Notes: generated by a model not told the origin, from the sequence alone. DNA of 60,365 bases, filler included, from Sphacelaria rigidula (GCA_964200075.2; 9 parts of 9 records of this genome joined end to end with filler, not necessarily neighbours in it); one strand, 5' to 3'. Shown: positions 13,339 through 27,025, counted from the whole stretch's first letter. Program-made: numbers and translations.

Positions 13339-13469
13339 NNNNNNNNNNNNNNNNNNNNNNNNNNNNNNNNNNNNNNNNNNNNTTAATTAATTAANNNNNN
13401 NNNNNNNNNNNNNNNNNNNNNNNNNNNNNNNNNNNNNNCCCCCCCCCCCCCTCCCCTCCGCCCCCCCCC

Positions 13470-16131
13470 CGGCTGCGTGGCGGTCGGCCCGTCGTGTGCA
13501 GGTGACTTCGAGGGCTGCCAGACAACAGATTGGCACAGAATCACCGACCCGGTGGTGAGGTCTCGCACCCGGTATTTCAGCTATGGGCAATCTATCGCAG
13601 TGCCCAGCAGGATGCACTTGTGTCCGCGCGGGGCCAGCTTGTGTGGCGGATTGTGCCGACGTAAGTAGCCGACGGAGCCGAACGGAAGAATCCCGGTGAA
13701 GGAAGGTTTCTGGCCATACCAGAGCTCGTAAGGCGTGAGTCTGCGGCCCAGTGACGAAGAGACACCCTTGTTGGTCATGCCGCAGGCGTATTGCACGGCT
13801 TCGGCTCAGAAGCGATCGGATTTCCTCCCCTCGAGGCTGCAAAACAGGGCTACAGTTTTGTCGCGAAGTAGTCCGAGAGCTCGCTCGGCTAAGCCGTTGT
13901 ACTAAGGAGTGTGATGTGGCATGCGCTCGCGATTGATGCCCAGCTTGTTGAGGAGGCCTTGCAACTTCTTCTCGAATTCACCTCCACCGTCAGTACGGAT
14001 GATGACAATCTTGATGCAGCAGGCGTGATGTGCGTTGCGAGGATGTCCTCCAGTGCCGCATTGTTTCGTCCTTCTTCTTCAGAAGCCGTATGACCTTGGA
14101 ACGGCTGTATTCGTGGACACACAGCATTGCCTAGCGACTATCGGAAAACAATGTGTCCCCGAAGGATCCGGCGAGGTCTACGACAAGTCGCCCAGCGCGC
14201 GTATCAGCGCGCGTGTCTGTGATCTTCGGCACAGCAAAGCGTCAAAGTCGTGATTCGGAGCCGAGCGCACATGGTCGCCGCTCGCCTATCAGATGTATGC
14301 TGGCCATCTTGGCAGTCTCGTGCGTGATCTCCTCGCTGGGGAGTCCGAGTATCTCGTGGAAAATTATGATGTCTTGGGCGTCGGGCTTTGAACCGGGGTT
14401 CTCGCCGAGCATCGCTTGGAAGTTTGGCGGTGACATGTTGTTGGGCTTCGGCGTGGCAGGGTGGCGTCGAACGTTGATCTCGTGAAGGTCGCTCTCGGGG
14501 TGGAGCCTCCCGAAATGTGAGTGACCTTGGTCCCTGCGGTGGTCCGTTGGTGCTGGCTGCAGGGTACATTTAGAGGGGCGCGTGGAGTAACTTGGACAGT
14601 TTTGTCACCGAAAGCAGGTTGTAGTATCCCAGTTGGGGCACATGCGTCACGCGCTCTAGCTCGAGGTCCTGCGCGATTGCAGTGAAATCGCCGGTGTCTT
14701 GGTCAACTTCGACGTGTAGCCAGCCGTATCCCGCGATGGGGAGGAATTTCCGTCGGCGGTCTCCACGCGGTCGTTCGTAAAGGTCGTGTGGTAGTCCCGT
14801 AGATTAGCGGCGCTCGACGTCATGTGCTCCATTGCTCCGCTGTCGGCTACCCAGAAGTTCGCGTTCTCGATTGTTCTTGGCCATGAGTCCGCCAGTGATG
14901 AAAGCCTTGGCCAGCAGCCCGTCGCCGGGGGCGCCTGTCGAGTCCGCAGTCTTCATCATGCATTGCTGACGGCCTTTCGCGCCTGCATTCTTGGGGCAAT
15001 TCGGACACACGGAAGTCTTGTGTGGCCCTGTACAATACAAACATCTTGAGTTGGGTGTCTTGCGGTCTTCATTGTTGTTCCGTCTTGTGCTGTTGCCCTT
15101 CCGGCGATTGGAGCTTCGTCCTCGGTCTCAGGTGCGGACGGCTGCTTCGAATTTGCGACAAGATGTTGCGTCGTGCCCGGGCTTGAAGCAGAGGACGCAG
15201 AAGAGAGCAGATTTCTCGCTGCCCGAGTTCGTAGTTATGAGTGCGTGTGAGCCTGCAGCAGTCTTTTCTCCCTCGAGAATCTCGTACTGCTTGAGGATCG
15301 TGCGTTCGATCCAGTCTCGATCGGGCCAGTTGGCTAAACTTTCGAGCATTCGAGCCTCCGCGTCGTCTTGACTTATCAGCCTCGATATGATTACAACGTC
15401 GATATCCTTTTCGTCGATGGACCTTTCGACGCGCTGAAGTTCTCGAACGAGGCGATCGACTCTAAGTAGGTACTTCGGGGGGTGCTCCCGAGCTCCATCT
15501 TCAAACCGTTGAATTTCATAATGACTTATTTCGTTCTTTATACCCACTTGCGTGGTAGTGTTCCACCAGTCGTCGCCAGGCTTGGCTGGGAGAAACAGGG
15601 AACTGTACAATTTCAAGGGCGATTCCTTACAATTAGTGATCAGAGAAACCGACACATGATTGGCTTTCCTTAGGGGGATGGGTCAATGCCGCTGCTGTCG
15701 AACTCCTCCTGTCCCACTTTCACTTCTTCGTCGCCGGTGCCACTAAGCACATCGATGCGCCTCAGCGCCGTCAAGTGGGCCTGGTGTGCTTTGGACCAGT
15801 CGTTCCAGTCTTCAGGTTCGCCGGAGAGTTTCTGGAACTCGATCTTGGCGTTGGCCTGTGGTGGGTCCGCTGGTACGGACCCAGGTAATGGGAGCTGCTG
15901 CTGCTGCTGCCGAATTCTGTCCATCAGCACTTGTTGCTGCTGTTGCCCCCGACCATTTTATGTTGAAACTACTGTTGCTGTTGCATCATCGCTTGTATAG
16001 CAGTCGTGAAGTTTGACAGGTTGCCTTCTGCTGATTGCGCAGCGCTTGACGAACGCGTCTCCATCCCTCTCGACTTCCGTAAAAACCCGAAGAGCTAGTG
16101 ACTACCTCCGTAGGTAGTAAACATTATATCG
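13470..16131 (-). mobile_element. Decayed Ty1/copia LTR retrotransposon (gag-protease-integrase, 3' truncated)
   Basis: gag-like LQRVERSIDEKDIDVVII, zinc knuckles CVLCFKPGHDATSC and CLYCTGPHKTSVC, protease FWVADSGAMEHM (~14820-14860), pre-integrase FHEILGLPSEE, integrase TPYELWYGQKPS...PFGSVGY...KLAPRGHKCILLG; many frameshifts and stops. Confidence 0.9.
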
Positions 16132-16370
16132 TGTTAAAGTAGTCTAGCTCGATGAGGTTCACGTATGTGAGCACGGCTTCCCAGTTGCAGAAGCTTGAGC
16201 AATTCATAGCTCAGACAGTAGTCGAGCGTGTCTCGACGGTGGAGATTATTGAAAAAGGTCTTTTTCTTGTCGTAAAAACGTGATGGTTCCCAGTCTCTCT
16301 CAATTCCTAACCCACACAAGGCGGTATATTCGATGTACTATGCTCTACCGAGGAGTAGACATGGACAACA
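16132..16370 (-). mobile_element. Candidate 5' LTR of the copia element
   Basis: TGTT...AACA ends just upstream of gag; second LTR not in the contig, no clear PBS. Confidence 0.4.
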
Positions 16371-16464
16371 GTTAGTTAGCTGTCAGGAGGAAGTCGGGAG
16401 GAAGTGAGCAAAAGGGGGGCTGGTTTGCCTGCCTCGCTCTTCCTATCGCTCGATGTCTAGAAAA

Positions 16465-16560
16465 TCGCTGGGGAAATCATCCGGGCTAATCACCCGCTCG
16501 CTTGGGAAATCATCGGTGCTAATCATTCGCTCGCTAGGGAAATCGCCCGTGCTATTCGCG
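16465..16560. repeat. 33-bp minisatellite (~3 units)
   Basis: gggaaatcatccgggctaatcacccgctcgctt-like units. Confidence 0.8.
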
Positions 16561-17551
16561 AAGTATAGAAATTTATGGGGAATCACCCGCCATTCTCGAA
16601 GTAGCTTCTTCTCGAATAACTCTCTCCTTCCTTGAATGTACTTCACAAATCGTGCCTACCGGTGAACCTACCTAATTGGCAGAGTGCAGGGTATACTACG
16701 TATTCCTCAACAAATACGATAAAACGATCTCAACGCCATGTTGCCCCCTTTGGTCAAATCAAGTATGCGAGCGCCTTTCTCTTGTCAGCCTTGGTCGAGG
16801 TTGTTGCATACTGTTTTCATCAAGACAAAAACAATGTGCCGTATTCCGATTCCCGTGAATGCAGGAAAAAGCAGCCAAGTAAGTGTCTCATGCTGTGAAA
16901 TTCATATAGAACACAGCGGCAGCGCTCACGTCTTTCATTCTTCTAAGCTTTATCCGAAAAGCTGTCTTTTGTTCTCGTTCATTTATGAACCGCCCAAAAC
17001 CGCAGCATCATCGTCGAAACACATCCAAACGTCGTTTGGTATTGTTGATAATCATTTTAAAGGAATATTGTATATCATGGCCGACATACCCTATGTGTGC
17101 GCACTGTAGCCAAATGATACCAAGCAGTAAGATTTGAGTATAATCGCATGCATGATTGGAGCAATGACAGGGAAGAGGAGATCCTGGCTTGATGGCTCTT
17201 TTCTGTGTGGCCTCTTGCTGTCTGACTCGTGATTTGTTGAGGATCACTCCGAGATAATTACAAGTTAGAAGAAACGACTTATCGAGTACGAGGCCAGTGA
17301 TACTGGAGGAGTCCCTCATTGAAAGTCCTCGTCTCCAGATCGTCTGGCAGAGGCTACAAGATCTAGATACTATTCTTGGCACTCTGTTACAGGAGTTTGG
17401 CTGAGGAGAAGGGGCCGCAGCTTGAAGCAGTTTGGCCCGCAGATGGAAGGAGACCAACTTGAAGCGCACAGCGGGGGAGGATGCTCCGTGGACTGGAGGA
17501 CGCACGAGTTAGGCAAGAGTCTCCCCGTGAAGTATTTGAATCCTAGACGAC

Positions 17552-19984
17552 ATGGCTCAAGCAGCGGCGGCGCCGCTGGTGTTAGGTGAGCCGCTAGACC
17601 CGCCAAAGTATGGCGAGGTCTGGACCGAGGAAGCGTGTTTCACGCCGCTTATTTCGACTACGAAGAGCGTTTATACCTTGCATATGCGCAAGGAGTTGTG
17701 AGGCATGCTAGGGTGAGCATTGGACAACGTATCCCTACATACATTCATCGGTGTTTTAAAGGCATGTACAAGGACCGTCGTGCTATGACCCCTGAGGAAT
17801 CGCTAGATGCTGTGAAGCAGCATGCCGGGTACACCACAACCTGTGGCAAACATGATACTGCGCGGACTGCAGCAGAGCCGCGTAGAGTGCTTACAATGCA
17901 GCAAAGCGGTGTAACATCCGTCAAGGATAAGGCGATGATGATGATGTATCTCAAAAGCGTACTCACATATGTATAGGGCTGGAAAGAGACTCCAACCGTG
18001 CTGTTCAACAAAATATTTGAGACCGCCGACCATTTGAAGTTTTTTGAGGCGCATGGCCGGCGCGACGTTGCGGCAAGTGCAGGTGGTGCGCGCCGCAAAC
18101 AACAGTAGCAACAGAAACACCAGCCGTCTTCGCGAGCGTCGTCCACTCGCGCATGTTACAACTGCGGCGACAAAGGATACCTGATTAAGGATTGCCGCAA
18201 GCCTCGCGCTCAAGGCACTGCTCAAGGAAATGCGCGAGATTCATCAGGATCTCTCGGCGGTCGCCACGGTGGCGGCCGCAGTAGCAAGCAATCGGCGGCG
18301 GATGGTGGTTCCTCCGCTGCTGTTTTTCCCACTACGTCATCAGGTGGTGACTCTAGATCTTCTGGTTCGTCCGTGTTGGGGCAGGAAGTGTACTTGGGAG
18401 GTGCAAATACTTCGGTGGAGAGTGCTGGAGCGAATAGTTCGCAACGCCTCGGCCAGGCAGGATCCGTGTCTGGTGTATCTCCTACTGCCGCGACGGCTGT
18501 AACAGCGCTGTCTGCATATTCGCCGACGTGGTCTGGGTGGAACATCGAATCTCAGTTATCGATGCCAAGTGCTGCAGCGCAGCCCTGGCGTCAGGTGACT
18601 ATTGGAACCGACCAGGGTTCTTCCGCAGGTGTGGTGCCTGTCGATCGCAACGCAGAGTTTACGAGCAGATCTTTCCTTGCCTGGGTACCGTGGGTTCGTT
18701 CATGGCCCGCGTTATTTTGGATTCTGGGTCCGCGCTCACGTCGATCGGTGAGGGGTTTCTGGAACAAATGTCGTTGCAGTTTGGCGGCGCTCATCTGCAA
18801 ATTCCGTTCGAAAACGGACCGCAAACGGCACAGACCGCCACGGGTACTCCCGTGACGGTTACGCGTAAAACGGTTCCAATTGCTGTTAGTATGCGTACGC
18901 CGTGGGGGCTGTGTTCACTTTCGCTGTCATGCCCGGTAAGGACAACGTGATTCTGTTTGGGATGGCGACGATGAAGGAGCTCGGGATCGATTTGTATCCG
19001 CTGGCGTTGGATAAGTTACGCCCGCGTGCTGTGCCGGTGCAAACCGGCGTGAAAACCCCAGCTTTTTTGCTGCGAAGCATGTGATCGTATCCATACGGTC
19101 GTTTCAGAGAGCCAATGGGGAGGAGGCTCCTGCGGATGAAGCGGTGGAGCGCATGGTCGATCGGAGACCCGACACGTTTATGGACCCAGCGGAGGAGAGG
19201 TGCAAGAGAACGTGTGGTAAAGGATAGCGTGCAGCAGGTCGAGCAGAAGGGCCTGAGCGCCGATGGCGCATACCGTCTGCGTGATATTCTGGCTCGTCGC
19301 GTGGATACATTTCGTCGCGCGCTGCGTGGTGAGCCGTCAGCGCGAGTGGATCCAATGAGGGTGCAGCTCAAACCACAGGCAAATGCGGCGAAGGTCAAGC
19401 CTCGCCGTTACGGTCCGGTGAAGACCGGGTGGCTTGCCTCATGCATCGCAGCTTTGGTGGCGTTTGATTGGTGGTCATGAACACCCGGGCTGTGTGGGCG
19501 AGTCCAGCGATGGCATTGCCGAAGCGGGACACATGCTGTTTGGTCAGCGACTACCAGGCGGTGAACGCGCAGATGGAACAGTCTCCGGGGGTGATGCCAA
19601 GCCAAGATGACACGCGGGAGTTGCTGGGAGCCCAATGCTTCGGCAAGTTGGACTTGATCCGGGGGTATTGGCAGATACCTCTGACGCCGGAGGCTCAGGA
19701 GATCTTCACGATCGTCTCGCCTGACGGTTTGTTTATACCTACTCGTGTCCCACAGGGCGTGTTGAACGTCAAGGCGTATTTCCAAGGTGTGCCGACTGAC
19801 ATTTTGCGAGGTCTAACCTGTAAAGTGTGGGTGGATGACGTTTTCTATTCGCTGAAATCGAAGAAGCTTTGTTAGATTTTCCTGACAAAATTCTTTGGCG
19901 CCTGGGGAGTGTTGGTCTATTCGTCGTTGCGCATAAGTGCACCTTTTTTGTCAACGAAGTGGTTTGGTGTGGTGAGGTGTACTC
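17552..19984 (+). mobile_element. Decayed Ty3/gypsy LTR retrotransposon (gag-protease-RT)
   Basis: gag from ATG 17552, knuckle CYNCGDKGYLIKDC (18154-18195), protease VILDSGSALTSIG, RT WASP...FGKLDLIRGYWQIPL...PTRVPQG...VWVDD; frameshifted. Confidence 0.92.
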
Positions 19985-22900
19985 TGTGACGGTTTAAGAG
20001 ACAACCAACTAGACTGCTGACCAGTCAGCGCTGACTGGTCAGTAGTCTAGTTGGTTGNNNNNNNNNNNNNNNNNNNNNNNNNNNNNNNNNNNNNNNNNNN
20101 NTTAATTAATTAANNNNNNNNNNNNNNNNNNNNNNNNNNNNNNNNNNNNNNNNNNNNGCCGGCGTTGGGTTAGTATGCATGACTTGACTAGCGGTTTGAG
20201 TCATCATGGCTTTCCTTTGATTGTCTTCATGAAATGATGGCAAGTTGAAGCATTGAAGCTTTGACAGCGGGGAGGCATGCGATGCATACGTTTTTTTACG
20301 GTGTTGCAGAAGCAAGGTGCGTTTTACACGTGTTGGGTGTTTATATCCTTCTAGCGTGAGGATAATGTATCATTTGGCTGCTGCACTCCGTTGCGCAGGT
20401 GTTGAACGTACAAAGAGTGCATTTTGTATGTTGAGAAGAACCTTGTCTTGGATGAGAGGGACGATGAGTCACGAATGGTCTGGAATTTGACGTTCGCTGA
20501 TATTTCCGGTTTCGTGCCGATGAAGAGTCAAGAGGCTTGTTTTGGGCGAAGATTTGAGAATTTGGTGCTAGCTGTCGCTTTGTAACTCAAAGTGGTGCAA
20601 GCAGCGTGATTGCATGTTCATGATGGACGATATTTTCTTGGAATCTCTTGCTTGTTGTTCGGAAGTGGGGCAAGCTTGTATGGAGCTGTTGTCGAAAGCA
20701 GCGGGAGAGATTGCCATTCTTTGCGGGAAACGACGGTACTATTAGGGACCAATGATGTCTGAGTTTGTCAAGCTCTGATGTATCTACTTGTTGGTAGTAG
20801 CGAGCTTTGAGGGTGCTGTAGACTCTAGCCACCATTGTTACCTAAGGTTAGGGACATTGTGTAGGTGGGGTTGCGGGTCTGATTGCTGGACTCTGTAATG
20901 GGTGATCTCCATGACGTGTAGGCTCGATTTTGCCACTCCGGTGGAGAGAGGCTATGGTCCTGTTCTCCTGTACTATGCTATAAGGGTTAATACATGAATA
21001 ACTAAAGCTGCTGAAGTCCATGTGCCCGTGATGGGAGGAGTCCACATGGCGATCTGATCTTGAGTGACAGAAGTCTATAGGCCTCCAGTGTACAATACAA
21101 GTAGAGACAAAGTCACCGTCTCTTTCTCTCGCTCTCTCTCTTGGTTTGGCACCGCCGCTAATCCCAATCGTCGCCGGAACAAAATCATCTCTCCGTCTAC
21201 TGTTTGAGAGTTTTTCAACGATTAAGACACACGTCTTCAAGTACCCCGCCTGAAATTGATCGGCGGCCATATGCCCCAGATCGGTTTCGGATCCGTTCCG
21301 ACAACGAATATTCCTCCCTGAACTCACGAACATGTTGTCGAGCGTGATGTCAGCAAACGCTTTAGACAAGGTACTTTCAAGTTCGGATCTTGCGCGGTAG
21401 ACTTCTTCTGCTGATTGAGGGGTGTTCGCGATAGCGTTCACATGGAGTTGGTCTGGAGATACGACAGAAACTGTAAACAGATGACCAAGACATGAGCCAG
21501 CAGGTAGGCGAAAAGTACAGCAGGTAGGCGAAAAGTACCAGTTTTATCGTTTTGTTAAATATTTGGAGACTATCGTAGAGTTGTATATATGGCTGGTAAT
21601 TATTAACTGGTGACGTCGTGCCAGCACTATTTATCAAGTATGTGTAGTGATACATGTATAGAGAGGAGGCGATGAAATTCCAATAAGACAGAAATGTAAG
21701 AATTCGAGAGATCTACTCAACGTACGTTTCGTGTTGGAAGATTTTGGAGACAGTCCCATATATCTGGGCTCCTTTGCAGCTAGAAGTAATCGTCGTGGGG
21801 TCCCTGTGTGTCGAGAATGACTATGGTCCGTGTGCTCGAGGTGAAACATCCGTGTGAAACGTTTGCACACGAAGTTGGGCCCAAACTTCGTGTGCGAAAG
21901 CGCACGGACATTTCACACGGATGTTTGATCTCGAACACATGGATCGATCAGCCTCGACACGCAAGGATCGCAAGACGATTACAACAAGTAGCGAAGGAGC
22001 AAAAATATTTGAGGGGTGTAGTCTCGGCAGTTTGGTTGAGATCCATGAAGTCTAGGACGGAAGGTCGGTGTGGCGGTGTAGTGTTTTCGGGGGCACGGAG
22101 ATTGCACAGATTTCCACTGATCTTGAAGATCCGCATCACAGAAATCCTCCTCCATAACATCATCCGGCCTAAGTATGACAACTGTTGCGTGATCATATCA
22201 TATCTCTTCCGAGTAGGGGTCTGCTCGTGGTACTTGGTAGGAAGCAATTGTCCGTGCGGGGTTATGGGGATTTGCTAGTAGTATGTTGGATGCATGTATT
22301 TCATTGGAATGGGGGCAGCGTGAGTATGAGGAGGGCGTCATGGTTCACTGCGTGTCTTCGTGTCGTGTGTGTGACTGGATAATGCATATGGCCCGGGGTA
22401 CATCATGGCGTGCGGACAAACGCTGTCCCCTCACATGCCGCTCTTGGTTTGGATCCAGAGGCTAATGACCAAATACATGTTGGTGGACATAGCTACCTGG
22501 TTGTTGGACGAGAGGGAGTGTGCTTTGGAGCCCTTGTGAAGTAATGCCGGGATAGCACCCCCACCCCCACCCCCCCCACCCCCCTCCCCTCCAGGAAGTG
22601 TGACTGGTCCAAGGAGGCAAAAGCTGCATGCGAATTCAAATGATAAAAATATGGCAAGATCGACCGTCTAGGAGCTCCCATTCTTGAATAGTTTTAGCCG
22701 ACGTCTCCTACGTGAGTCACTTCATGCAGTCTGACAACATCGATCATGCGCTGTATGCCACTTCCTTCGCAACCGTTGTGGGACTGTTTTGTTTTTTGGG
22801 GGGGAGGGAGGGGCGTACTGTTTTTTTGGGGGGGGGCTACCGCGGCATCACTCTGTGGCCCAGCGCGGTACTGTTGAGCCTTTAGCCATGCCCGAAAGTT

Positions 22901-23381
22901 CGAGAAACTCGTCCATGTCCAGATCCCTCATGAGCCGTGGGCGTTTTTCCTTGGCATCGGGATTCGATTTGGATTGATAATGCACAACTTTTGCAGCTGT
23001 GTCTTCTCATGCCTCCTCCTTGTCTGAAAAATAACTATTTTTGTCTGGAAAGGGGGTGGGTATACCCCCCACGTTCATGCACCCATTTCTTCATTTGGGC
23101 TGTAGAGTTCTTTCTAAGACGACGATGGATAGACCCATACACAAAGATGGGCAGAGTTTTTGTATCTCGACCCGTATAGACCCAAGGTCCTCTGAGAGAG
23201 TTGAATCTTACAATCCTATGCGGTAGGAATTTGCTGTGTGTAGTTTTATTTTTGCATCGCACTTTGAACCTTTCCCCTTCTTCGGGATGAGTCTGTGTAC
23301 TCCACGGATCATCCCTTCTCTCCTCCGGTACATGCCTTGCATTTGGTCTTGCGGATTGAGTTAGCACTCACGCACCGTCAA

Positions 23382-23546
23382 GTCACGTCATACAAACTCA
23401 GTCGACTACTTAGTTTACTCACGTTCTCACGCTTTTCACGGTGGAAATCAGACACTGCGAAGAAAAACCCAACGCATCGGGAATGGAGCCCTCGTTCTCT
23501 CCACCCTAATGGCGACAGTCGGACCATTACACCACCGGGGTGCGGC
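23382..23546 (-). mobile_element. tRNA-derived SINE (family S1)
   Basis: A-box tggtgtaatgg, degenerate B-box; near-identical to 31790-31939. Confidence 0.65.
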
Positions 23547-23947
23547 GGTAGCTTGGTACCATCTTTGTTCTCTTCGTCTAATAATTTATGTCAGATGCCA
23601 AAGAAGTACCATCAAAGGACGACAGAAGCAACCCAAGAGGAAAAAGGAAGCGAACATGACTACTGAATGTGGAAGAACGACTTCGACTCCATATTTATGC
23701 CGTAGGCCTGTATTGGGCACTTATTTAACAAGACGCAAGGAAAGATAGATGCGCACAGGGCGAACACATCGATTCGTGAAACAGCACACGATTTGTTTTT
23801 TGCCCGTTCTCCAACGACCACTGGTCGAATGTCCACACAGTTACCCCATACCATCTTCCCGACTGTGTGTACTGCAGTATCGGCGGACTCCTTCTGCGAG
23901 AATGTCTGCTAAAGTGCCCGAGAAAGGCTATCTATTGCTCCTCCTAT

Positions 23948-24096
23948 TCAATAAATGAAGTCAAACGACATTGATGTGATGATGTCGTCATCCACACACC
24001 AAGCTTCAGGATCGATGCAGTTGAAGGTACCGGCACGGCAGGAGTAGACGCTGTCTCCCTCACACGTACACTCGCAACAATCTCCACCATCATAAC
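23948..24096 (-). CDS. LNR (Lin-12/Notch repeat) protein, last visible exon
   Basis: cag acceptor phase 1; GYDGGDCCECTCEGDSVYSCRAGTFNCIDPEAWCVDDDIITSMSFDFIY*. Confidence 0.75.
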
Positions 24097-24602
24097 CTGC
24101 GGAATGGGAAAGAGGAAGCAATCGAGACAGACTCAAAACGTAAAAGGAATCACACCTGGCCATATCAAGCCCTCGGATCCGCCGTTATCATTGAAATCAA
24201 TGATAAGCGTACGAGAGCGTATTTTCCGGCTTGTTGCTATAGCAAAAGTTTTGCGCAATATCGCTACCATCGTATCTCGACGACCGTGAGAGGGTGGCAG
24301 CAAAGGACTTATCCAATATGGGGTGAGTGGAGGCACTTTTCTATACTGTAGTATCGCCACCGTTTTACTCGCCAAGGGAGAGATACACATAGGAGGAAGA
24401 GGGAAAGAGGAATGAAATCACCATTTTTTTTAACAGATACATATTGCTACTCTGTCCGTGTATATGTATCACCACGTACCGATGAGCCGATGATATTCAA
24501 CGTTATGTATAGTAGTAGTTACATATGTGTCCACCTCCCTTTCGTCAGGACAAACTACGCGAGTGTATCTACTCGAGTGAATCCAATTTGTGAAGAACGT
24601 AC

Positions 24603-24803
24603 CGCATTCTTCCTTATTGTTGTACTCCATACAATGGCCATCACCAATGCTTCCCGCATAGCCGCAGTGCTTCACATTTTCGATGGTAGCGTCATCGTCG
24701 TCCACGCACTCGGCCATCGGGTCGATACAGGCGAAAACCAAACACCCAAGTCTACCTTCCTCAACCGTGCATGTGCACGAGCAGCAGTCTCCTCCATCGT
24801 AGT
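24603..24803 (-). CDS. LNR-repeat exon
   Basis: tag acceptor, gtacgt donor, 201 nt phase 1-1; DYDGGDCCSCTC...FACIDP..CVDDD...GDGHCMEYNNKEEC. Confidence 0.85.
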
Positions 24804-25077
24804 CTAAGAGAGGACGAAGAGAAACGAGGAGGGAAAAACAGTGCTAATCAGGATCTTTACCCCGAGACCTTTGACAAAATATGTTCACAGTACTTTCGAG
24901 CATTCAACAAGCACGAGAAAATAACACGATTTCTGCGTTATGTCAAGATGCAAGAATCCATTGCTGAATTCACCACTACTGGCATACGCTGGGTGACGAG
25001 GGGAAGCATAAAGATACTTGACGTATATGTATACATGTATACGGAGTTAGATCAGTCCCAAAGGCCGCGATACTTAC

Positions 25078-25302
25078 CACATGCTTCCTTGTTGTTACCC
25101 TGGTCGCAGTGGCCGTTTCCGATGCCTATCATGTACCCGCAATTCTCGTCCATATCGGCGGTGATGTCGTCGTCGTGGACGCACGGTGCCTCAGGGTCGA
25201 TGCACGCAAAGCCGATTGTCTGCCCGCATATTGTGTCCGGAGCATTGCCAACGCCCGGCTTGTCCTCACAGGTGCACTCGCAGCAATCACCCCCATCGTA
25301 GC
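25078..25302 (-). CDS. LNR-repeat exon
   Basis: aag acceptor, gtaagt donor, 225 nt phase 1-1; GYDGGDCCECTC...GFACIDPEAPCVHDDD...IGNGHCDQGNNKEAC. Confidence 0.85.
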
Positions 25303-26924
25303 CTTAGGAACAGGGAGACGCAAACGATAGCAATTAAATCACAATAAAAGAGGATGTCAACGCTGACTCAACTCGAGCCCTCGACACTTCTTTCTACAAC
25401 AGTCCCCCCCTCCCCCAAACAAAAACCCAGCCCAAACCTGTCACGAAGAAAATGGTCACGCAGAGCCTGATGTTTGGTTTCAGGCTGCATGAAACGCTTC
25501 AGACGGGCGACACGGGCGAAAACGAACCCAGGCATTGGAATTCCCAGCTGCTCGTTGTGCCCGACGTTTTTCATTCCGATTTACGCATTGACTTCGCCTC
25601 CCCAAACCAGCCAGTTGCTGGGGGGGTACCGTAGAAAGTGTCCCTCGCACCCACGGCAGTAAGGGTGCGGTGCGATACAGTGCCGGCCCACTCGTGAGAA
25701 ATGCCCTCGTGAAAAATGTAGCCCCAGATATTTTTCAACCGATAAAAAACTCGGCCTGGGAAGTTGGGCTCAGCGGTCCGAGCTACAGTTCTATCTATTC
25801 TTCGTCCATCTTTTCTGAGTTAAACATTCCACACCTATCGGTTTATGCCGTGGAGGCACCAGCCGGGATCACACAGGAAGCCACGCGGGATTTTTCTCCA
25901 CCTTCCTCCTGCGGTGCTAGCTTTAGGGGGATCCTACGGTAGCGGTTCACATACTTTTCAGTTCCAAAGTTTTCTGAGGCTGCATACACTAAGGCCCAGA
26001 TGTTTGTTATCCAGAGGCTCGGATAATGCAGAGCCTCAGAAAAAACATGTGCACCCTTACCGTAGAACCACTCCTTGATTTTATACTGAATCCTATATAA
26101 CAGCCTGTGCTCGATGGTGGCTACAAGACTACAAGATTATTTTTAAGCTTTGCTCACATGAACCGTTTTTCATGAGTGGGCCGGCAATGTTATCCGCCTG
26201 ATACGGTGGCAGCATGAAATCACAAACGAGGGAGTGCGCACACTTCATGGTATTTATCAGGAGAATGTGCAGCATGACAGGGACGTATATTGCCGCCGTC
26301 ACAATGACACCTCGATGAGAGAGGGGCAGGGCTATGACACAAATTCATTATAAGCCGGCGATGACCTTGACCAGACCCGTGAATATCGGTATCGCTCGTG
26401 GTATATTGTGTAACATCGAACCACCTTGATTTTCCCTGGCGGGCGTCAGTACTTTTGGCTACAGCTTCGCCCTGGGGCAGCCGTTGATACAGCCCCGAAT
26501 GACGCGGAGGTGCATCTTCTTCAATATTTTGAGGACTACTCGGGCTTTACGTTTATGTATATTTCATGCACATATGTGAAAAGGTGATTCCTTGGCAGAC
26601 ATTATGGGAATTTGTCCCTTTTATGTGATGGTTCTCACATCACCCCCCCCACCCCGGTTAGATACCCATGAGGCAGTGTAAAAGCTGTGGCTGTCTCTGG
26701 AAGTGGCGATACCACAGAAAGAAGCAACTCACTGTTGGCTGTCATCCGAATGTAAGAGAATCATTTGACTTCGGGNNNNNNNNNNNNNNNNNNNNNNNNN
26801 NNNNNNNNNNNNNNNNNNNTTAATTAATTAANNNNNNNNNNNNNNNNNNNNNNNNNNNNNNNNNNNNNNNNNNNNCACTTTTCATGTGTAGAGTACTGAA
26901 GGTTTGTTACCCCCCCCCCAATCA

Positions 26925-26975
26925 CTCTCTCACTCTATCTCTCTTTCTTTCTCTCTCTCCCTCCCTCCCTCTCTT

Positions 26976-27025
<50 letters not shown>

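Noticed and set aside
22850..23010. Further exon of the LNR gene (QSKSNPDAKEKRPRLMRDL...)
   Set aside because: In-frame stop upstream and the LNR frame has already terminated; more likely a decayed fragment.
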